Notes under the pieces: model-generated
The model's input: only the letters and a program-made list of their open reading frames with translations
Told to the model about the DNA's origin: nothing
Database searches by the model: none
Position numbers and translations under genes: made by a program
Source: Eledone cirrhosa
Lineage: Eukaryota
Direction: 5' to 3'
Length of the DNA: 64,000 nt
Assembly (NCBI GenBank): GCA_964016885.1
Contig: OZ024751.1
Span: forward strand, 47,802,001 to 47,866,000
In this document: positions 40,208 to 54,930 of the stretch, piece after piece
Layout of the letters: the number at the start of each line of letters is the position of its first letter
Position numbering within the stretch: position 1 is the first letter of the stretch

Positions 40208-42019
40208 CCCTTAAGTATTTACATTACTCTATATTTACTATTGTATTTTCACAGAAACGGCTTTATCTCACATAATATCGTATTTTCACAGAAACGGCTT
40301 TATCTCACATAATATTGTATTTACACAGAAAAGGCTTTATCTCACATAATATTGTATTTTCACAGAAAAGGCTTTATCTCACATAATATTGTATTTTCAC
40401 AGAAAAGGCTTTATCTCACATAATATTGTATTTACTCAGAAAAGGTTTTATCTCACATAATATCGTATTTTCACAGAAAAGCCTTTATCTCACATAATAT
40501 CGTATTTTCACAGAAAAGGCTTTATCTCACATAATATTGTATCTTCACAGAAACGGCTTTATCTCACATAATATCGTATTTACTCAGAAAAGGCTTTATC
40601 TCACATAATATTGTATTTTCACAGAAAAGGCTTTATCTCACATAATATTGTATTTTCACAGAAAAGGCTTTATCTCACATAATATTGTATTTTCACAGAA
40701 AAGGCTTTATCTCACATAATATTGTATTTTCACAGAAAAGGCTTTATCTCACATAATATTGTATTTTCACAGAAAAGGCTTTATCTCACATAATATTGTA
40801 TTTACTCAGAAAAGGCTTTATCTCACATAATATCGTATTTTCACAGAAAAGGCTTTATCTTACATAATATTGTATTTACACAGAAAAGGCTTTATCTCAC
40901 ATAATATTGTATTTACACAGAAAAGGCTTTATCTCACATAATATTGTATTTTCACAGAAAAGGCTTTATCTTACATAATATTGTATTTACACAGAAAAGG
41001 CTTTATCTCACATAATATTGTATTTACACAGAAAAGGCTTTATCTCACATAATATTGTATTTACTCAGAAAAGGCTTTATCTCACATAATATCGTATTTA
41101 CTCAGAAAAGGCTTTATCTCACATAATATTGTATTTTCACAGAAAAGGCTTTATCTCACATAATATTGTATTTACACAGAAAAGGCTTTATCTCACATAA
41201 TATTGTGTTTACACAGAAAAGGCTTTATCTCACATAATATTGTATTTACTCAGAAAAGGCTTTATCTCACATAATATTGTATTTTCACAGAAAAGGCTTT
41301 ATCTCACATAATATTGTATTTACTCAGAAAAGGCTTTATCTCACATAATATTGTATTTACTCAGAAAAGGCTTTATCTCACATAATATTGTATTTTCACA
41401 GAAAAGGCTTTATCTCACATAATATTGTATTTACTCAGAAAAGGCTTTATCTCACATAATATTGTATTTACTCAGAAAAGGCTTTATCTCACATAATATC
41501 GTATTTACTCAGAAAAGGCTTTATCTCACATAATATTGTATTTTCACAGAAACGGCTTTATCTCACATAATATTGTATTTACACAGAAAAGGCTTTATCT
41601 CACATAATATTGTATTTTCACAGAAAAGGCTTTATCTCACATAATATCGTATTTTCACAGAAAAGGCTTTATCTCACATAATATCGTATTTACACAGAAA
41701 AGGCTTTATCTCACATAATATCGTATTTTCACAGAAAAGGCTTCATCTCACATAATAACGTATTTTCACAGAAAAGGCTTTATCTCACATAATATCGTAT
41801 TTTCACAGAAAAGGCTTTATCTCACATAATATCGTATTTACACAGAAAAGGCTTTATCTTACATAATTGTCTTACATATTATCGAATCAACAAGATTTTG
41901 ATATTATTTATTTTGAGAACAATACCTTAATGTCTGTATAAGCAGCCGGTTATAACCGGTTTGAACAGAAAGAGGTGAGAGGATTCTGGCCGGATATGGC
42001 CGGTTTAAATGCTAAAGGG
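40208..42019. mobile_element. piggyBac-type (TTAA) MITE containing an expanded minisatellite
   Basis: TTAA at 40204-40207 and 42020-42023; TIRs CCCTTAAGTATTTA / TAAATGCTAAAGGG. Confidence 0.7.
40238..41866. repeat. 37-bp tandem minisatellite, ~44 copies (TATTGTATTTTCACAGAAAAGGCTTTATCTCACATAA)
   Basis: Period 37 read from the coordinates; few variant positions; no spacers. Confidence 0.97.
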
Positions 42020-42366
42020 TTAAGGACAGAGCGTGCCATACGGTTCAGAGATCGAACTCACGACCTTACGTCAAGGACTGGTTTGGATTTAACTAAATAC
42101 ATGTCTCAACCCAATTACATGAAACTCTCCCTGTTTAGTAAATCATGGAACTTTAATGAGAATGTTCTGGAATTACCAAATATGTGAAAGCTTTTAGTGT
42201 TGAGCAATTAATGACAACAGAAAGGAGAGAGTTAGCTAGTTTATTGGCCAGTATCTTTGCATGTAGCCTTGAGTTGAGATGGAAGATGTTGCCAGCATTG
42301 TCATTAGATCTATTATCGCCACCTCCACCACCACCAACATCACTAACACAACTGCTATCATCATAG

Positions 42367-42535
42367 TAATAATTGTTTCTACTTTTGGCACAAGGCCAGC
42401 AATTACTCCAGTACATTACTGGTATTTTATTTTATCGACCCCCGTAAGGATAAAAGCAAAGTTAATCTGGCGGAATTTGAACTAAGAACGTAAAGGGCCA
42501 TAACTCTATGCGTTAAAGCATGGTGTCCGACCCTC
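42367..42535 (-). mobile_element. SINE family A
   Basis: Homology to 3781-3969. Confidence 0.8.
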
Positions 42536-42954
42536 TGAAGAAGACTTTTAAGAATGTCAGGCTGAGATGAGAAAAGCAATGATGAAGTGTTAAGAAAGAA
42601 AACTAATTAAATGCAATTTATTGGGTATCATCAAAGAAGGAAAACTAAAATATTTTGAACGCGTAATTAGAAAAGTTGGATTACATAGATTTAATAGAAA
42701 TGAGAGAGGAAGGAGGAAGAGAGAAGATGAAGGGGAAGTGGAAGGGGGAAGAGAGGATGGGACAGGAGGAAGGGATTAAGGCTTAAGATACAATGGATGT
42801 AAATGACAGTACAGGAGAGACCAAGATGGTGATCCAGGGTATTGAACCTGCTGAGAGTAGAAGATACCTGATAATATTCGTTTCTGATTTAGGTATAAGG
42901 GCAATAATTCTTTTTTTTTTAGGGGGGGGGGGGCAGGCGGTGGCAGAAAGTAGA

Positions 42955-43118
42955 TTACCTCGACACCAGTGCATTACTGGTACTTTATTTTCTCGACGCC
43001 GTATAGATGAAATGTAAAGCTAACCTCGAAGGGATTCAAACTCAGAACGTAAAGGGCCTTAAGTATATGCCACAAAATATCTTGTCCGACACTCTACCGA
43101 TTATGCCAATCCAATGCC
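42955..43118 (-). mobile_element. SINE family A (diverged)
   Basis: Homology to 3781-3969. Confidence 0.7.
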
Positions 43119-43461
43119 CTGATAACGATGATGATGTACTAAATAAAGTTAGGACTCTTTCAGTTTATTTTTCGTTTCCCGCCCCCTATTTACTTGTATA
43201 TCGAAGTAATTATATTTCTATAGTCTTCCAGTTCCCTAAAGAATATTTTGTCTCGTATAAAATTCGATTGAAACTTCATTAAAATAGAAATAAACTAAAT
43301 CAATATACAATAAACAAAGTTTTACGTGCGTCGCGTTACACATTTCCAACATTTTCCAACTTCATCCAATGAAAGGACATCTAAGTAGTCACTCGATATT
43401 CTAAAAACAACAGTCAAATCACCCATAAAAATCACACAGTTCTGTCTCTAAAGAAATATGG

Positions 43462-43680
43462 CTTTCGATTTAGGCACAAGACCAACAATTTTGGGAATGG
43501 GGAAAGTTGATTAAATCGGCCCCAGTGCGTTACTGGTACTTGATTTTATCGACCTCATAAGGATGAAAGACGAAGCTAATCTCGGCGGGATTTGCACTCA
43601 GAACATAAAGAACCGTGACGTAACTATGCCGTAAAGCATGTTGTCCCTCGTTCTACTCATTCTACTGATAATCCATCGCC
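43462..43680 (-). mobile_element. SINE family A (longer tail variant)
   Basis: Homology to 3781-3969. Confidence 0.75.
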
Positions 43681-43732
43681 ATTCTCTCTAGGAAATATAT
43701 TTTAAAAAGAATACATTAGATAAGATATATTA

Positions 43733-44284
43733 TCTATGTATATAAAACTAAGGATGTGTGTGTGTGTGTGAAGCCCTAAAACTCGAGAAGTACCCAACCG
43801 ATTTTTTTCAAACTTTACTTTTTGATCCCCTAGGGCCCGCATTAGGTGAAAAACTGAGGCGTTTTTGAGGCGTTACGTCAGACCGATTTCCTTGAAATTG
43901 TAACTATGTATTAGTCAATCTCTTCTTCATACTGTGAGAAAAGAAAATCCAACTTTTTTATGACCCAGGGCCCGCATTAGGTGAAAAACTTCATTTTTTC
44001 AGGGCTTTTTTGAGGCGTTACGTCTAGCCGATTTTCACGAAATTTCAAGGCATATTGTGCACATAAAAAAATTCATTTTCTTGGTGCCGTAGGGTCTGCA
44101 ATAAGTGAAAACCTGCATTTTTCCTGCTTCATCGAGGAAAATCTTAAAGATCATCCAGCCATCAGAGTATTCGGTTTATTTTCTTTACATATTGTCAAGG
44201 CATGCAGTTTTTCCACGATTAGGTCTGTTGGTGACCCGCGTTCCAAAATACCTTATCCCGTGCAACGCCGGGTACCACTGCTAG
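43733..44284 (+). mobile_element. Non-autonomous Helitron
   Basis: A|TC start, (TG)n, internal subrepeats GGGCCCGCATTAGGTGAAAAACT, 3' hairpin CCCGTGCAACGCCGGG then CTAG|T. Confidence 0.75.
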
Positions 44285-45086
44285 TATAATATATATGTGA
44301 ATAATAGATGGACGATTATGACCGATCAAAGACATTTTCGTCTTTGATCATAGCTCCAAACTCTGGCCAGAACTGACCTAGGGTTAAACAACAAGAAAAA
44401 CAATAACATAATAGATGGGATAGTCATAACCAAAAACGAAAAGATCTTTGATCATAGCTCGAAGCTATGGTCAGGGCTGACTTAGGGTTAAACAATAGTA
44501 ATAACAATAACATAAAGCCTTGAATGACACTTATACAAGGGTTCCACTTCATATGCCGCAATTTTAATATGTCAACTAAATCGATAAATCAATACATACA
44601 TACATATTGATTTTCTGACACCCAAAGATAAGAGAAAATACATCATATATATTATACACGTACAAACATTTTAAGACACTCAGCAATGATGCGTATAGGA
44701 CTGCCGCCATTTTCATACGTTGTATATATTCTATTAGCAGACGACAATGAATTTATAGCATTCCAAACGAAGAGATTGAGATCTCAACCCATTTATGGCT
44801 TAATGTATACACACATACATATATACACATGCATGCATACATATATACACTCATACATTCATATATACATACACATACATTTATACATACACATGCATGC
44901 ATACATACATAGATACATATATACACACATGCATACATACATACACACATGCATGCATACATATATACATTCATATATACATACACATACATGCATACAT
45001 ACACATACATGCATGCATACATAGATACATATATACACACATACATACATGTATACACACATGCATGCATACATATGTACGTACAT

Positions 45087-45320
45087 AAATTGAGAAGCTG
45101 GGCTTCACAAAAACAGAAAGAACACAACTAGTTAGGAAACTACAAGTACAATCCATTACTGGAACAGCAAAATATGTAAAACATTCCAAAAATTCTGCAT
45201 GTAACATCCACATCCACACCAGCACAAAAGTACATACATGCATGCAGACATGCAGATATATCTACCTAGTTGATGTTTATATTCGAATGGTAAAAATTTA
45301 TAAAATAAAAAAACCAGAAC
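45087..45320 (+). mobile_element. R4/Dong-clade 3' fragment in (CATA)n
   Basis: EKLGFTKTERTQLVRKLQVQSITGT..CKTFQKF* aligns with the C-terminus of ORF 59974-60347. Confidence 0.7.
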
Positions 45321-45570
45321 ATACATACATACGCACATACATACATACACATTTATGGAATGGATCTCAGTCAGATTCGACGGTGAGTGTTCCAGTTGTT
45401 CAATCCCCGGAACAGCCTACTCGTGAAATTTAAGTGTAAGCGGTTGAAAAAAATCCACAGACACGTGTAGGCTTCATGTATTACTCGGTCACATTCAACG
45501 TTAAGGATACGATAGAAACATTTTAAAATATTAACGTTCTTTCGTGTTTACGTATATGTGTGTGTGTATG

Positions 45571-46104
45571 TATTATGGTTTTATAATTTCACAAATGTTT
45601 ACCAATAGAGAGAGAGTCGGTTTCTAACATAGACACAAGACTCTCTCATTGGAATTTACACATCAACTAGGTAGATATGTATGTATGTATGTATGTATGT
45701 ATAATTTCACAAATGTTTACCAATAGAGAGAGAGTCGGTTTCTAACATAGACACAAGACTCTCTCATTGGAATTTACACAACATCAACTAGGTAGATATG
45801 TATGTATGTATGTATGTATGTATAATTTCACAAATGTTTACCAATAGAGAGAGAGTCGGTTTCTAACATAGACACAAGACTCTCTCATTGGAATTTACAC
45901 AACATCAACTAGGTAGATATGTATGTATGCATGCATGTGTAGATATGGATGGTATTGTATGTGTCGATGTGTATAATTTTGAGTTGTATGTGTGCATGTG
46001 CATATGCTTTGTATCTGTACATGTGTATATGCAGTTATTACATGCAGAAATTTTGGAATGTTTTACATATTTTTACTGTTCCATTAATGGATTGTACTTG
46101 TACG
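45571..46104 (-). mobile_element. R4/Dong 3' fragment with triplicated ~120-bp 3' UTR separated by (TATG)n
   Basis: Inverted homology to 45140-45320; tandem units start at ~45583, ~45701 and ~45822. Confidence 0.7.
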
Positions 46105-46253
46105 TATGTATGTTCTTCTGGTTTTATAATTTCACAAATTGTTGCCAGTGTGTGTGTGTGTGTTTGATGAAAGAGAGAGTGTGGGAGAGAGAGAGAGAGT
46201 GTGTGTGTGTGTATGTTTGATGAGAGAGAGAGTGTGTGGGTGTGGGTGTGTGT

Positions 46254-46317
<64 letters not shown>

Positions 46318-46398
46318 GAGAGAGAGTGTGTGTGTGTGTGTTCATGTTTGTATGTACGTAAATATTTGCCTGAGAGAGGGAGAGAGAAAGACAGAGAG

Positions 46399-46448
<50 letters not shown>

Positions 46449-47173
46449 AGTACGTGTCTGTGTGTGTGGTTATGTATGTGTGTATGTGTGTGTGTATGTG
46501 TGTATGTATAAGTACGTGTCTATGTGTGTGTGGGGGTGTGTGTATGTATAAGTATGTGTCTGTGTGTGTGTGTGTGTGTGGTTATGTATGTGTGTATGTA
46601 TAAGTACGTGTGTGTGTGTATGTGTGTATGTATAAGTACGTGTCTATGTATGTGTGTGTGTCTATGTGTGTGTGTGTATAAGTACGTGTCTATGTATGTG
46701 TGTGTATGTATATATAAGTAAGTGTCTATGTATGTGTGTCTATGTATGTGTGTGTGTATGTGTGTGTCTATGTATGTGTGTATATGTATATATAAGTACG
46801 TGTCTATGTATGTGTGTCTATGTATGTGTGTATGTATGTGTGTGTCTATGTATGTGTGTATGTGTATATATAAGTACGTGTCTATGTATGTGTGTCCATG
46901 TCTGTGTGTCTATGTATGTGTCTATGTATGTGTATGTCTATGTATGTGTGTCTGTTTCATCGTCTGATATTACTGGTTTTGGGGCGAATTTTATTTATAG
47001 TAATTGCAATTATCGGAGCAGAAGTGATAATAAAATATGGCAGCAAAAAATGCTAATTTTTACAATTGGAATTGCAATTACTTCAGTCTTTTAGCAATCA
47101 ATAAATTTATAAAAATCTATGTATCTATATACATGAGATTTGAAATGTAGTCGTCCCAGCACCGCTGACTATA

Positions 47174-47368
47174 ATAATTGTTTCTACTTTTGGCACAAGG
47201 CCAGCAAATTACCCAGTGCATTACTGGTACTTTATTTTATCGACCCCGTTTGGATGAAAGGCAAAGTGAACCTCGGCGGGATTTGAACTCAGATCATAAA
47301 GGGCCGTAACTCTATGTTGCAAAGCATGGCGTCCGACCCTCTACCGATACTGCCAATCTACCACCCTT
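47174..47368 (-). mobile_element. SINE family A, full length with target-site duplication
   Basis: TGACTATAATAATTGT at 47166-47181 and 47371-47386. Confidence 0.9.
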
Positions 47369-47578
47369 GATGACTATAATAATTGTCGATCACACACACA
47401 CTTATATATATATATACACGTGTGTGTGTGTGTATGTGTGTGTGTGTGTGTGTGTGTGTTTATCCCGGGTTCAATCGTGTGTAACCACAGTAAGTAAGGT
47501 ACTCAATAGCAGAGTATAAATATTTAATATAGAAATGGCTTCTACAGGACTAGAACTGTTTCATTCGTCCTGTAGAAT

Positions 47579-47611
<33 letters not shown>

Positions 47612-47671
47612 ATCCCGTTAAGGGCGAAAACAGCTATTCTTTGCTTAAACTTTTATCTGTTATTTTAATAA

Positions 47672-47749
<78 letters not shown>

Positions 47750-47776
47750 TATAAATATATATATATATAAATATAA

Positions 47777-47809
<33 letters not shown>

Positions 47810-47849
47810 TATAGATATAAATATATATATATATAAATATATATATAAA

Positions 47850-48392
47850 TATATGAAATATAAGAATCAAAGAACTGTTCAAAACATTATTGTGCTTACA
47901 GCTGTTTCCTCCAAACCGAGGTTTGGATTCTTCGGAGCAATTTATTAATGCATGGACAGTTATATGACCTCCTTTTCAGCCGAGAGACATACCAAATACA
48001 TATTCAAACATTGATACATATTCAAACATTGTGGGTCAACATTCATTACAGAATTTAGAGTGGCAGTACACACTTCGAGATTATTTGGTATGTCTCTCGG
48101 CTGAAAAGGAGGTCATATAACTGTCCATGCATTAATAAATTGCTCCGAAGAATCCAAACCTCGGTTTGGAGGAAACAGCTGTAAGCACAATAATGTTTTG
48201 AACAGTTCTTTGATTCTTATATTTCATATAACTGCTCTGTAAATCATCTGATGTTTTTACATTGAGCTACTTAACTTACTGGTAATAAGGTAGTAATACA
48301 TTACTGCCTACCACTATTTAGGGTGTGTGTAAAATACTTACAACTGCTTAAGGCTTTGTATTTACATAACCATAAATAGTATAACTAATACT
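47850..48392 (+). mobile_element. PLE-like terminus with inverted 5' arm (47850-47998/48082-48230)
   Basis: ~148-bp inverted repeat, hammerhead in both arms, (TA)n flanks. Confidence 0.72.
48141..48187 (+). ncRNA. Minimal hammerhead, U4C core variant (mirror copy at 47893-47939)
   Basis: TGCT CCGAAGA A-TCCAAAC-ctcg-GTTTGGA-G GAAA CAGCTG TA AGCA. Confidence 0.75.
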
Positions 48393-48464
48393 ATATAAAT
48401 ATATATATATATAAATATAAATATATATATATATGTATATATAAATATATATATAAATATATAT

Positions 48465-48571
<107 letters not shown>

Positions 48572-49136
48572 AATATATATATGTGTGTGTGTGTGTGTGC
48601 ACGCGAATGCATGTGAAACGTTGGGTGTGTGTGTGTGTGTGTGTTTATAAGTATATGTTGGGAAAACCAATGATTAGAGATTCTCCTCAGGTAATTTCTA
48701 TGATGCTATGAATAATTTTAAATCAAAATGTAATTTATATTTTGTGAAAGCTGAATAAAAAATGTTATGTATATATGTGTGTGTTAATGTATGCGTATGT
48801 GTGTGTTCATGTGTGTATGTATGTGTGTGTGCATCTAGTCATGTGCACATACGTGTGTGTGGGGGGGGGTGAGATTGTGTGTGAAAACAATCTGTTGATT
48901 TTAAAAGAGCATTGTAAAAATTTGTAGATTTGAAATGTAGATGTCCCAAAGCAAGTGACAACAATAATAGTGATTTGCCATGGTACAACTAGAGAGAGAT
49001 TCAGTGTGAAACAATGTGTGATAACGCTGGCCCCCTTCAATTACAGTCTGGTTCCTTTCCATCCGACTGATTTGGAATCTATTTCTGCCTATCCAAAACC
49101 TCTGAAATACCTAAAAGTGTAAAGTCTGTCGCAAAC

Positions 49137-49635
49137 ATGGAGGCTCACCAGGCCGGTTCTTAACCAGGTTTCGGTGGCGTTAAGCAACTGAGAGTACATT
49201 ATACTCCCTAGACAGGACGATAGTGCATTGTAGGGTTAAGTCAGTCTAGAACATGGAGGCTCACCAGGCCGGTGCTTAACCAGGTTTCGGTGGCGTTAAG
49301 CAACTGAGAGTACATGACACTCCCTGGACAGAACGCCAGTCCATCGTAGAGTTAAATCAGTCTCGAGCTGGGAGACTCACCAAACCGGAGTTTATCCCAG
49401 TTTCTGTGACGTTAAGCAGCTGAGAGTAGAAGGCTCGCTCCTGGACAGGACGCCAGTCCATCACAGGGTTAAACCTCCATCTACGACTGGTACTTATTTT
49501 CAGCTGACTATAGTTGGGGAACGTGAAATGAAGTATATTGATCAAGAAAACAATACACAATCCAATCAAGGAATCGAACCCACGACGTTATGATCGAAGA
49601 TCCAACACATTTACCTCATGGCCACTCGCCTTCAC
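49137..49635 (-). mobile_element. tRNA-derived SINE (third family) with two extra tandem tail copies
   Basis: Minus strand head GTGGCC..GGTAAA..GGTTCGATTCC, body AACCCTGTGATGGACTGGCGTCCTGTCCAGG; ~114-bp tail repeats at 49137-49350. Confidence 0.7.
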
Positions 49636-49713
49636 TAAATATCATTTAACATGTTCACCTAAACTCGAGACCTAATGGTTGCAAAGCCAACTTCTTGACT
49701 ATACCTCTATGCT

Positions 49714-49758
<45 letters not shown>

Positions 49759-49936
49759 TTGGTGGTGGTAGTAGTAAGGTCAGTAGTAGTGAGATCTACA
49801 TAGTTAGTATACAGGTTTTAACTGTTTCCACTCCTGCCGTGAAAAACTCTTCAAGTTGAAATACATGGCCTGCAAACATATACGTGACTGTAATTAATGC
49901 TGATATCTGAACATGTTTCTCATAGCTACACACACA

Positions 49937-49975
<39 letters not shown>

Positions 49976-50150
49976 CACACACATGTATGTATATATATAT
50001 ATATAGGCATATATATATATATAGAGAGAGAGATACATAAATACACACACATACATACGTACATATAGATAGATAGAATTATAGATGGAGAGTGAGAAAG
50101 AGAGACATAGATAAACGCACACACATATATGTGTATATATATATATATAA

Positions 50151-50310
<160 letters not shown>

Positions 50311-50840
50311 GCACACAAACTGCTAAAATGGCTGTTTATGCACAAGTGTACGTAGAACGTTCCAACGTTAACCGAACACTCAGTTCATATGTGCAAAGTT
50401 ATTTTCTTATATTTTTTTTAACCGACTACTCCCTAGACAAACAAAAGAAGAATAAGATTTCACACTAAATTAATCCTTCTACAAACCAGCCAAAGGGTGT
50501 GGGTATAAAAGCGACAAAAAATCCTTGGTCACTAAGGAAATACAAGAATAATATTTAGTTGAATATTAAAACATTGTATTTACCACGTATAAGATATCAA
50601 ATGGATCTGATTTTGCAATCTAAGCTAGGAATAGATCAAGTTGTCGCCCATTTTCCTGCCTATTCCTCAACGAATAAGTTAATTAATAACTGCCACAGCA
50701 GAAATCTTGAGACGATAAGCTTCACAGAACCCGAAGAAATTATTAGAAATTAGCCAGGCGTAATAAGGGAACTGTAAAAATATGTAAAATATTCTAAAAG
50801 TTTAGCATGTAATAACAGCATATAGACCTGCACACACACA

Positions 50841-50886
<46 letters not shown>

Positions 50887-51181
50887 TGAGATTACACGGA
50901 CATACACATACTCACACACATAAGCATGCAACCAAGTATAATTATCTAGTCGGTGTCTAACTTCCTATGAAATAGTCGTGTTTCTGAGTTGGAAACCGAT
51001 TTTCTTTATTGGTGAAAAATCATTAAGAAAAATATAAAACCAGAACATACAACATACATACATAGATACACACATATACACATACATACATACGTGCATA
51101 CGTACATACAAACATGCATACATACTTGCACCCGCAAATACATAAACACATACATACATGCAAGCATACAAACACATACAC

Positions 51182-51228
<47 letters not shown>

Positions 51229-51491
51229 ATAGAAACGTACATACATACATTGCGTATATCGATACATACATATACACACGTTTACATACATATATACATA
51301 TGTAGGAATATCGATACTTTCACACATTGAAACTAAAATCTGTTATTTAAACATTAAAATATGTAAGTAAATGCATCGAATTCCATTATATTTCTAATAC
51401 ATTTTGAAAAACTTTCACCAAAGATCATTTTGCTATATTTCACATATATTTTGCTATATTTCACATATATCTATAATCGAGTTACTTTTAC

Positions 51492-51589
<98 letters not shown>

Positions 51590-51590
51590 T

Positions 51591-51667
51591 GTAAATGAAC
51601 AATTATAAATAATATATACATATATATATATATATAAATATAAATTTATACATAATATACACACACG

Positions 51668-51711
<44 letters not shown>

Positions 51712-51749
51712 AACAATATATACTCATACATATATTTACAATATATGCA

Positions 51750-51781
<32 letters not shown>

Positions 51782-51914
51782 AACTACATGATATATATCC
51801 AATATATACACACACATATACATACATACATACATACATGTGTTACGGTTGTTCAGTGTACGTGTTTCTACGTGTGTGTACGTGTGTGTGTACACGTGTG
51901 TGTGTGTGTGTGTA

Positions 51915-51963
<49 letters not shown>

Positions 51964-52041
51964 GTAAATGAACAATTATAAATAATATATACATATATAT
52001 ATATATATAAATATAAATTTATACATAATATACACACACGC

Positions 52042-52072
<31 letters not shown>

Positions 52073-52275
52073 AAATAACAATATATACTCATACATATAT
52101 TTACAATATATGCAATATATATATATATATATATATATATCGATAACTACATGATATATATCCAATATATACACACACATATACATACATACATACATAC
52201 ATGTGTTACGGTTGTTCAGTGTACGTGTTTCTACGTGTGTGTACGTGTGTGTGTACACGTGTGTGTGTGTGTGTA

Positions 52276-52324
<49 letters not shown>

Positions 52325-52330
52325 GCGTGC
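51591..52330. repeat. Tandem duplication of a ~373-bp microsatellite-rich unit
   Basis: GTAAATGAACAATTATAAAT at 51591 and 51964; TGTTACGGTTGTTCAGTG occurs twice. Confidence 0.9.
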
Positions 52331-52439
52331 GTGTGTGTGTTTATGTGTAGAAAGTATGACAGAGTTACAGCAATATTTCACAATCTAAGAACGATTAAAT
52401 CTTGTATTACTTATGGGGAAGAGAACAGGTTTGGTTATT

Positions 52440-53255
52440 TGAGGAGTGGAGGGAGTGAAGGGGAGAGGAGTAAAGGGGTTGAATGGGGTGGCGGTATTGG
52501 CTGGGCGAGGTGGAGGGGAGGGGTGATGGGGAGGGGGTGAAATAGGGAGGGGGAGGGGGAGGGTGAAAGAGGGAGTAACACGATGGGGAAAAAACAATAA
52601 AGATCACAGAAGGCATTGGAAAGAGAAGCAGAAACCAATGGAAAAGACTGGAAAGATGGAAGGAAGGAAGGAACGAAGGAAGGAAGGAAGGAAGGGAGGA
52701 AGGAAGGGAGGAAGGAAGGGAGGAAAAAAAAGAAATGAAGATAAAAAAGAGTGGAAAATAAAAACAATGGTGGAAGAATGAAACATTGAGGGAAGATAAA
52801 AATAAGAGGAGGAAGAGAGAGAAGGAGAAGAAAGAAAGAGAAGGAGGAGAAAGAATGAGAAGGATGAGCGGAAGAAAGAAAGAGAGGGAGAAATGAAGAT
52901 AAGAAAAAGGGGAAGAAAGGGAGAGAAGGAGATGAAGAAAGAAAGAGAGAGAAAATGAAAATAAGAGGAGGAAGAGAGAAGGAGAAGAAAGAAAGAGAAG
53001 GAGGAGAGGAAGAAAGAAAGAGAGTGAGAAATGAAGATAAGAAAAAGGGGAAGAAAGGGAGAGAAGGAGATGAAGAAAGAAAGAGGGAGAAAATGAAAAT
53101 AAGAGGAGGAAGAAAGAGAGGGGTAAAAGAAAATAAGGTAGAAGAAAGAGAGAGAGAAGGAGAACATGAAAATGGGAGGGGGGGGAGAAAGAAAGGAAGA
53201 AAGGAAGAGTGGAAAAAAAAGTAATATGGCGGGGGAGAAGAGGGCAGGAAGTGGA
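52440..53255. repeat. Polypurine low-complexity tract with internal duplication
   Basis: Direct inspection. Confidence 0.9.
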
Positions 53256-53332
53256 AAATAAAGTAAGTTTTATTTTATTTGAAATAATCAATATACAAAT
53301 TTTATCAGATATGTGTGTAAATGTAAACCTAA

Positions 53333-53377
<45 letters not shown>

Positions 53378-54056
53378 GGGGGAAAACGGAATGGAACCGC
53401 AGTTATATGAGATACTCAATATATATTAGTAAAGAAGGTAGATATATTTTTTCTTATAGAAATTACATCTACAGTAATAGAAAAGTTTCATTCGTTTGAA
53501 ATCATCTGGAAAGTTCCTGGTAGATTCAAGCTAATAAAACAGTCTCCTATAGAGATCATCTGCCAAGCTGCAACCGTTTAAGGAAGTTTTCATCAGACGT
53601 CAATTACTTCCTACGACTTCCCCGATCCTCTTTATACGTCAATAATAGTACCAGTCTTATTCGGATGATGGGGATGTGAAAGTCTCAAAACATAAATAGA
53701 CACATGGATTTAGGAAATCTATTATACCAAACCCAGCATAAAGGACCGAAAAGGAAGTATGAAAAATCTTCGATGAAAAAAAAAAAAATAGCACTTAAGT
53801 ACAGTCACGTTTTCGAGAAAATCCCCCCCCTCCCCCACACACATATATTATATTATATATTGGTTACATACAGTGCATTCTGTGGTTTACTAGTATGTGT
53901 TTCATTTTAGTGTAGTAGTATATTTTATCTAGAGTACCAGGTTGTGAAAGCATCATTATATATATATATATATACAGTATATATACAGTATATATATATA
54001 TATATATATATTGAAATATAAATATTAATAAAATAGATGTTCTTTTGATCAATTAC

Positions 54057-54109
54057 ATTTTATTATACATATTTCGGATGTACAACAGTACGTCCTCATC
54101 AGACAAAAT
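54057..54109 (-). ncRNA. Minimal hammerhead
   Basis: ATTTTGT CTGATGA GGACGTAC-tgtt-GTACATCC GAAA TATGTA TA ATAAAAT. Confidence 0.85.
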
Positions 54110-54490
54110 ACTGTAAAACTCATTCTTTGACATAATCATTGAATATCGTTTAAGACTTTAATATGTATATATATATATATATACAAATTAATAAAATAAT
54201 GAATAAACAAAGAAACAGTTCCTTATATTAAAAAAATTCATCATTTTACGATCGTTTCTAGGATATATATGTGATAGAGTTGGTATGCATATTCTATAGA
54301 TCTATGTACAGTATTTATACAAACTATCAGAGGGAATATACATACCTACACATATATATGCTGTCTTCAGAAATAATGATATTTGTTTATTGAAAAAAAC
54401 AAAGATTCAATACAATAGGTCTGTTTGGGAACAGGTTTTGATTAGACACTACCGGATTGGACAATACCGTAAACTTTTGGTAGATTTATC

Positions 54491-54522
<32 letters not shown>

Positions 54523-54567
54523 GAAAGTGAATAACACAATATATAACTACTCCATAAATAACATCTG

Positions 54568-54629
54568 TGTCTGATGAACGATCCAGACGTGTATTTATAT
54601 TGTCTAGGATCCAGAAACCTTTGGTAATG
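54568..54629 (+). ncRNA. Hammerhead motif (family J)
   Basis: TGT CTGATGA ..GATCC-AGAC..GTCT-a-GGATC.. GAAA CC-ttt-GG TA ATG. Confidence 0.65.
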
Positions 54630-54930
54630 GAGTACCTATATATTGTGTTGTTCACTCTGTTCTATACATAGAGCACTCTTTTTTCTTTTGCTTTTTCTTC
54701 GGAATTACCTAACATACACGTATATATGTATATATATATATATATTATAACTCAAGTTAAAAACTAATGATACATCAAATCACTTTATCAATTTCTACAT
54801 TCGTTTCAATTTTAATGTAATTAGGTTACATTAAAATATTCTCAGAAAAATCAATATAAGACATGTAGAATGCATGTTGCTCTAAATATAATAAGCCCCA
54901 TGTTCAATAAATTATATTTATGTATATATA

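Noticed and set aside
40238-41866. 37-bp repeat array as a CRISPR
   Set aside because: Units are contiguous with no unique spacers, there are no cas genes, and the context is eukaryotic.
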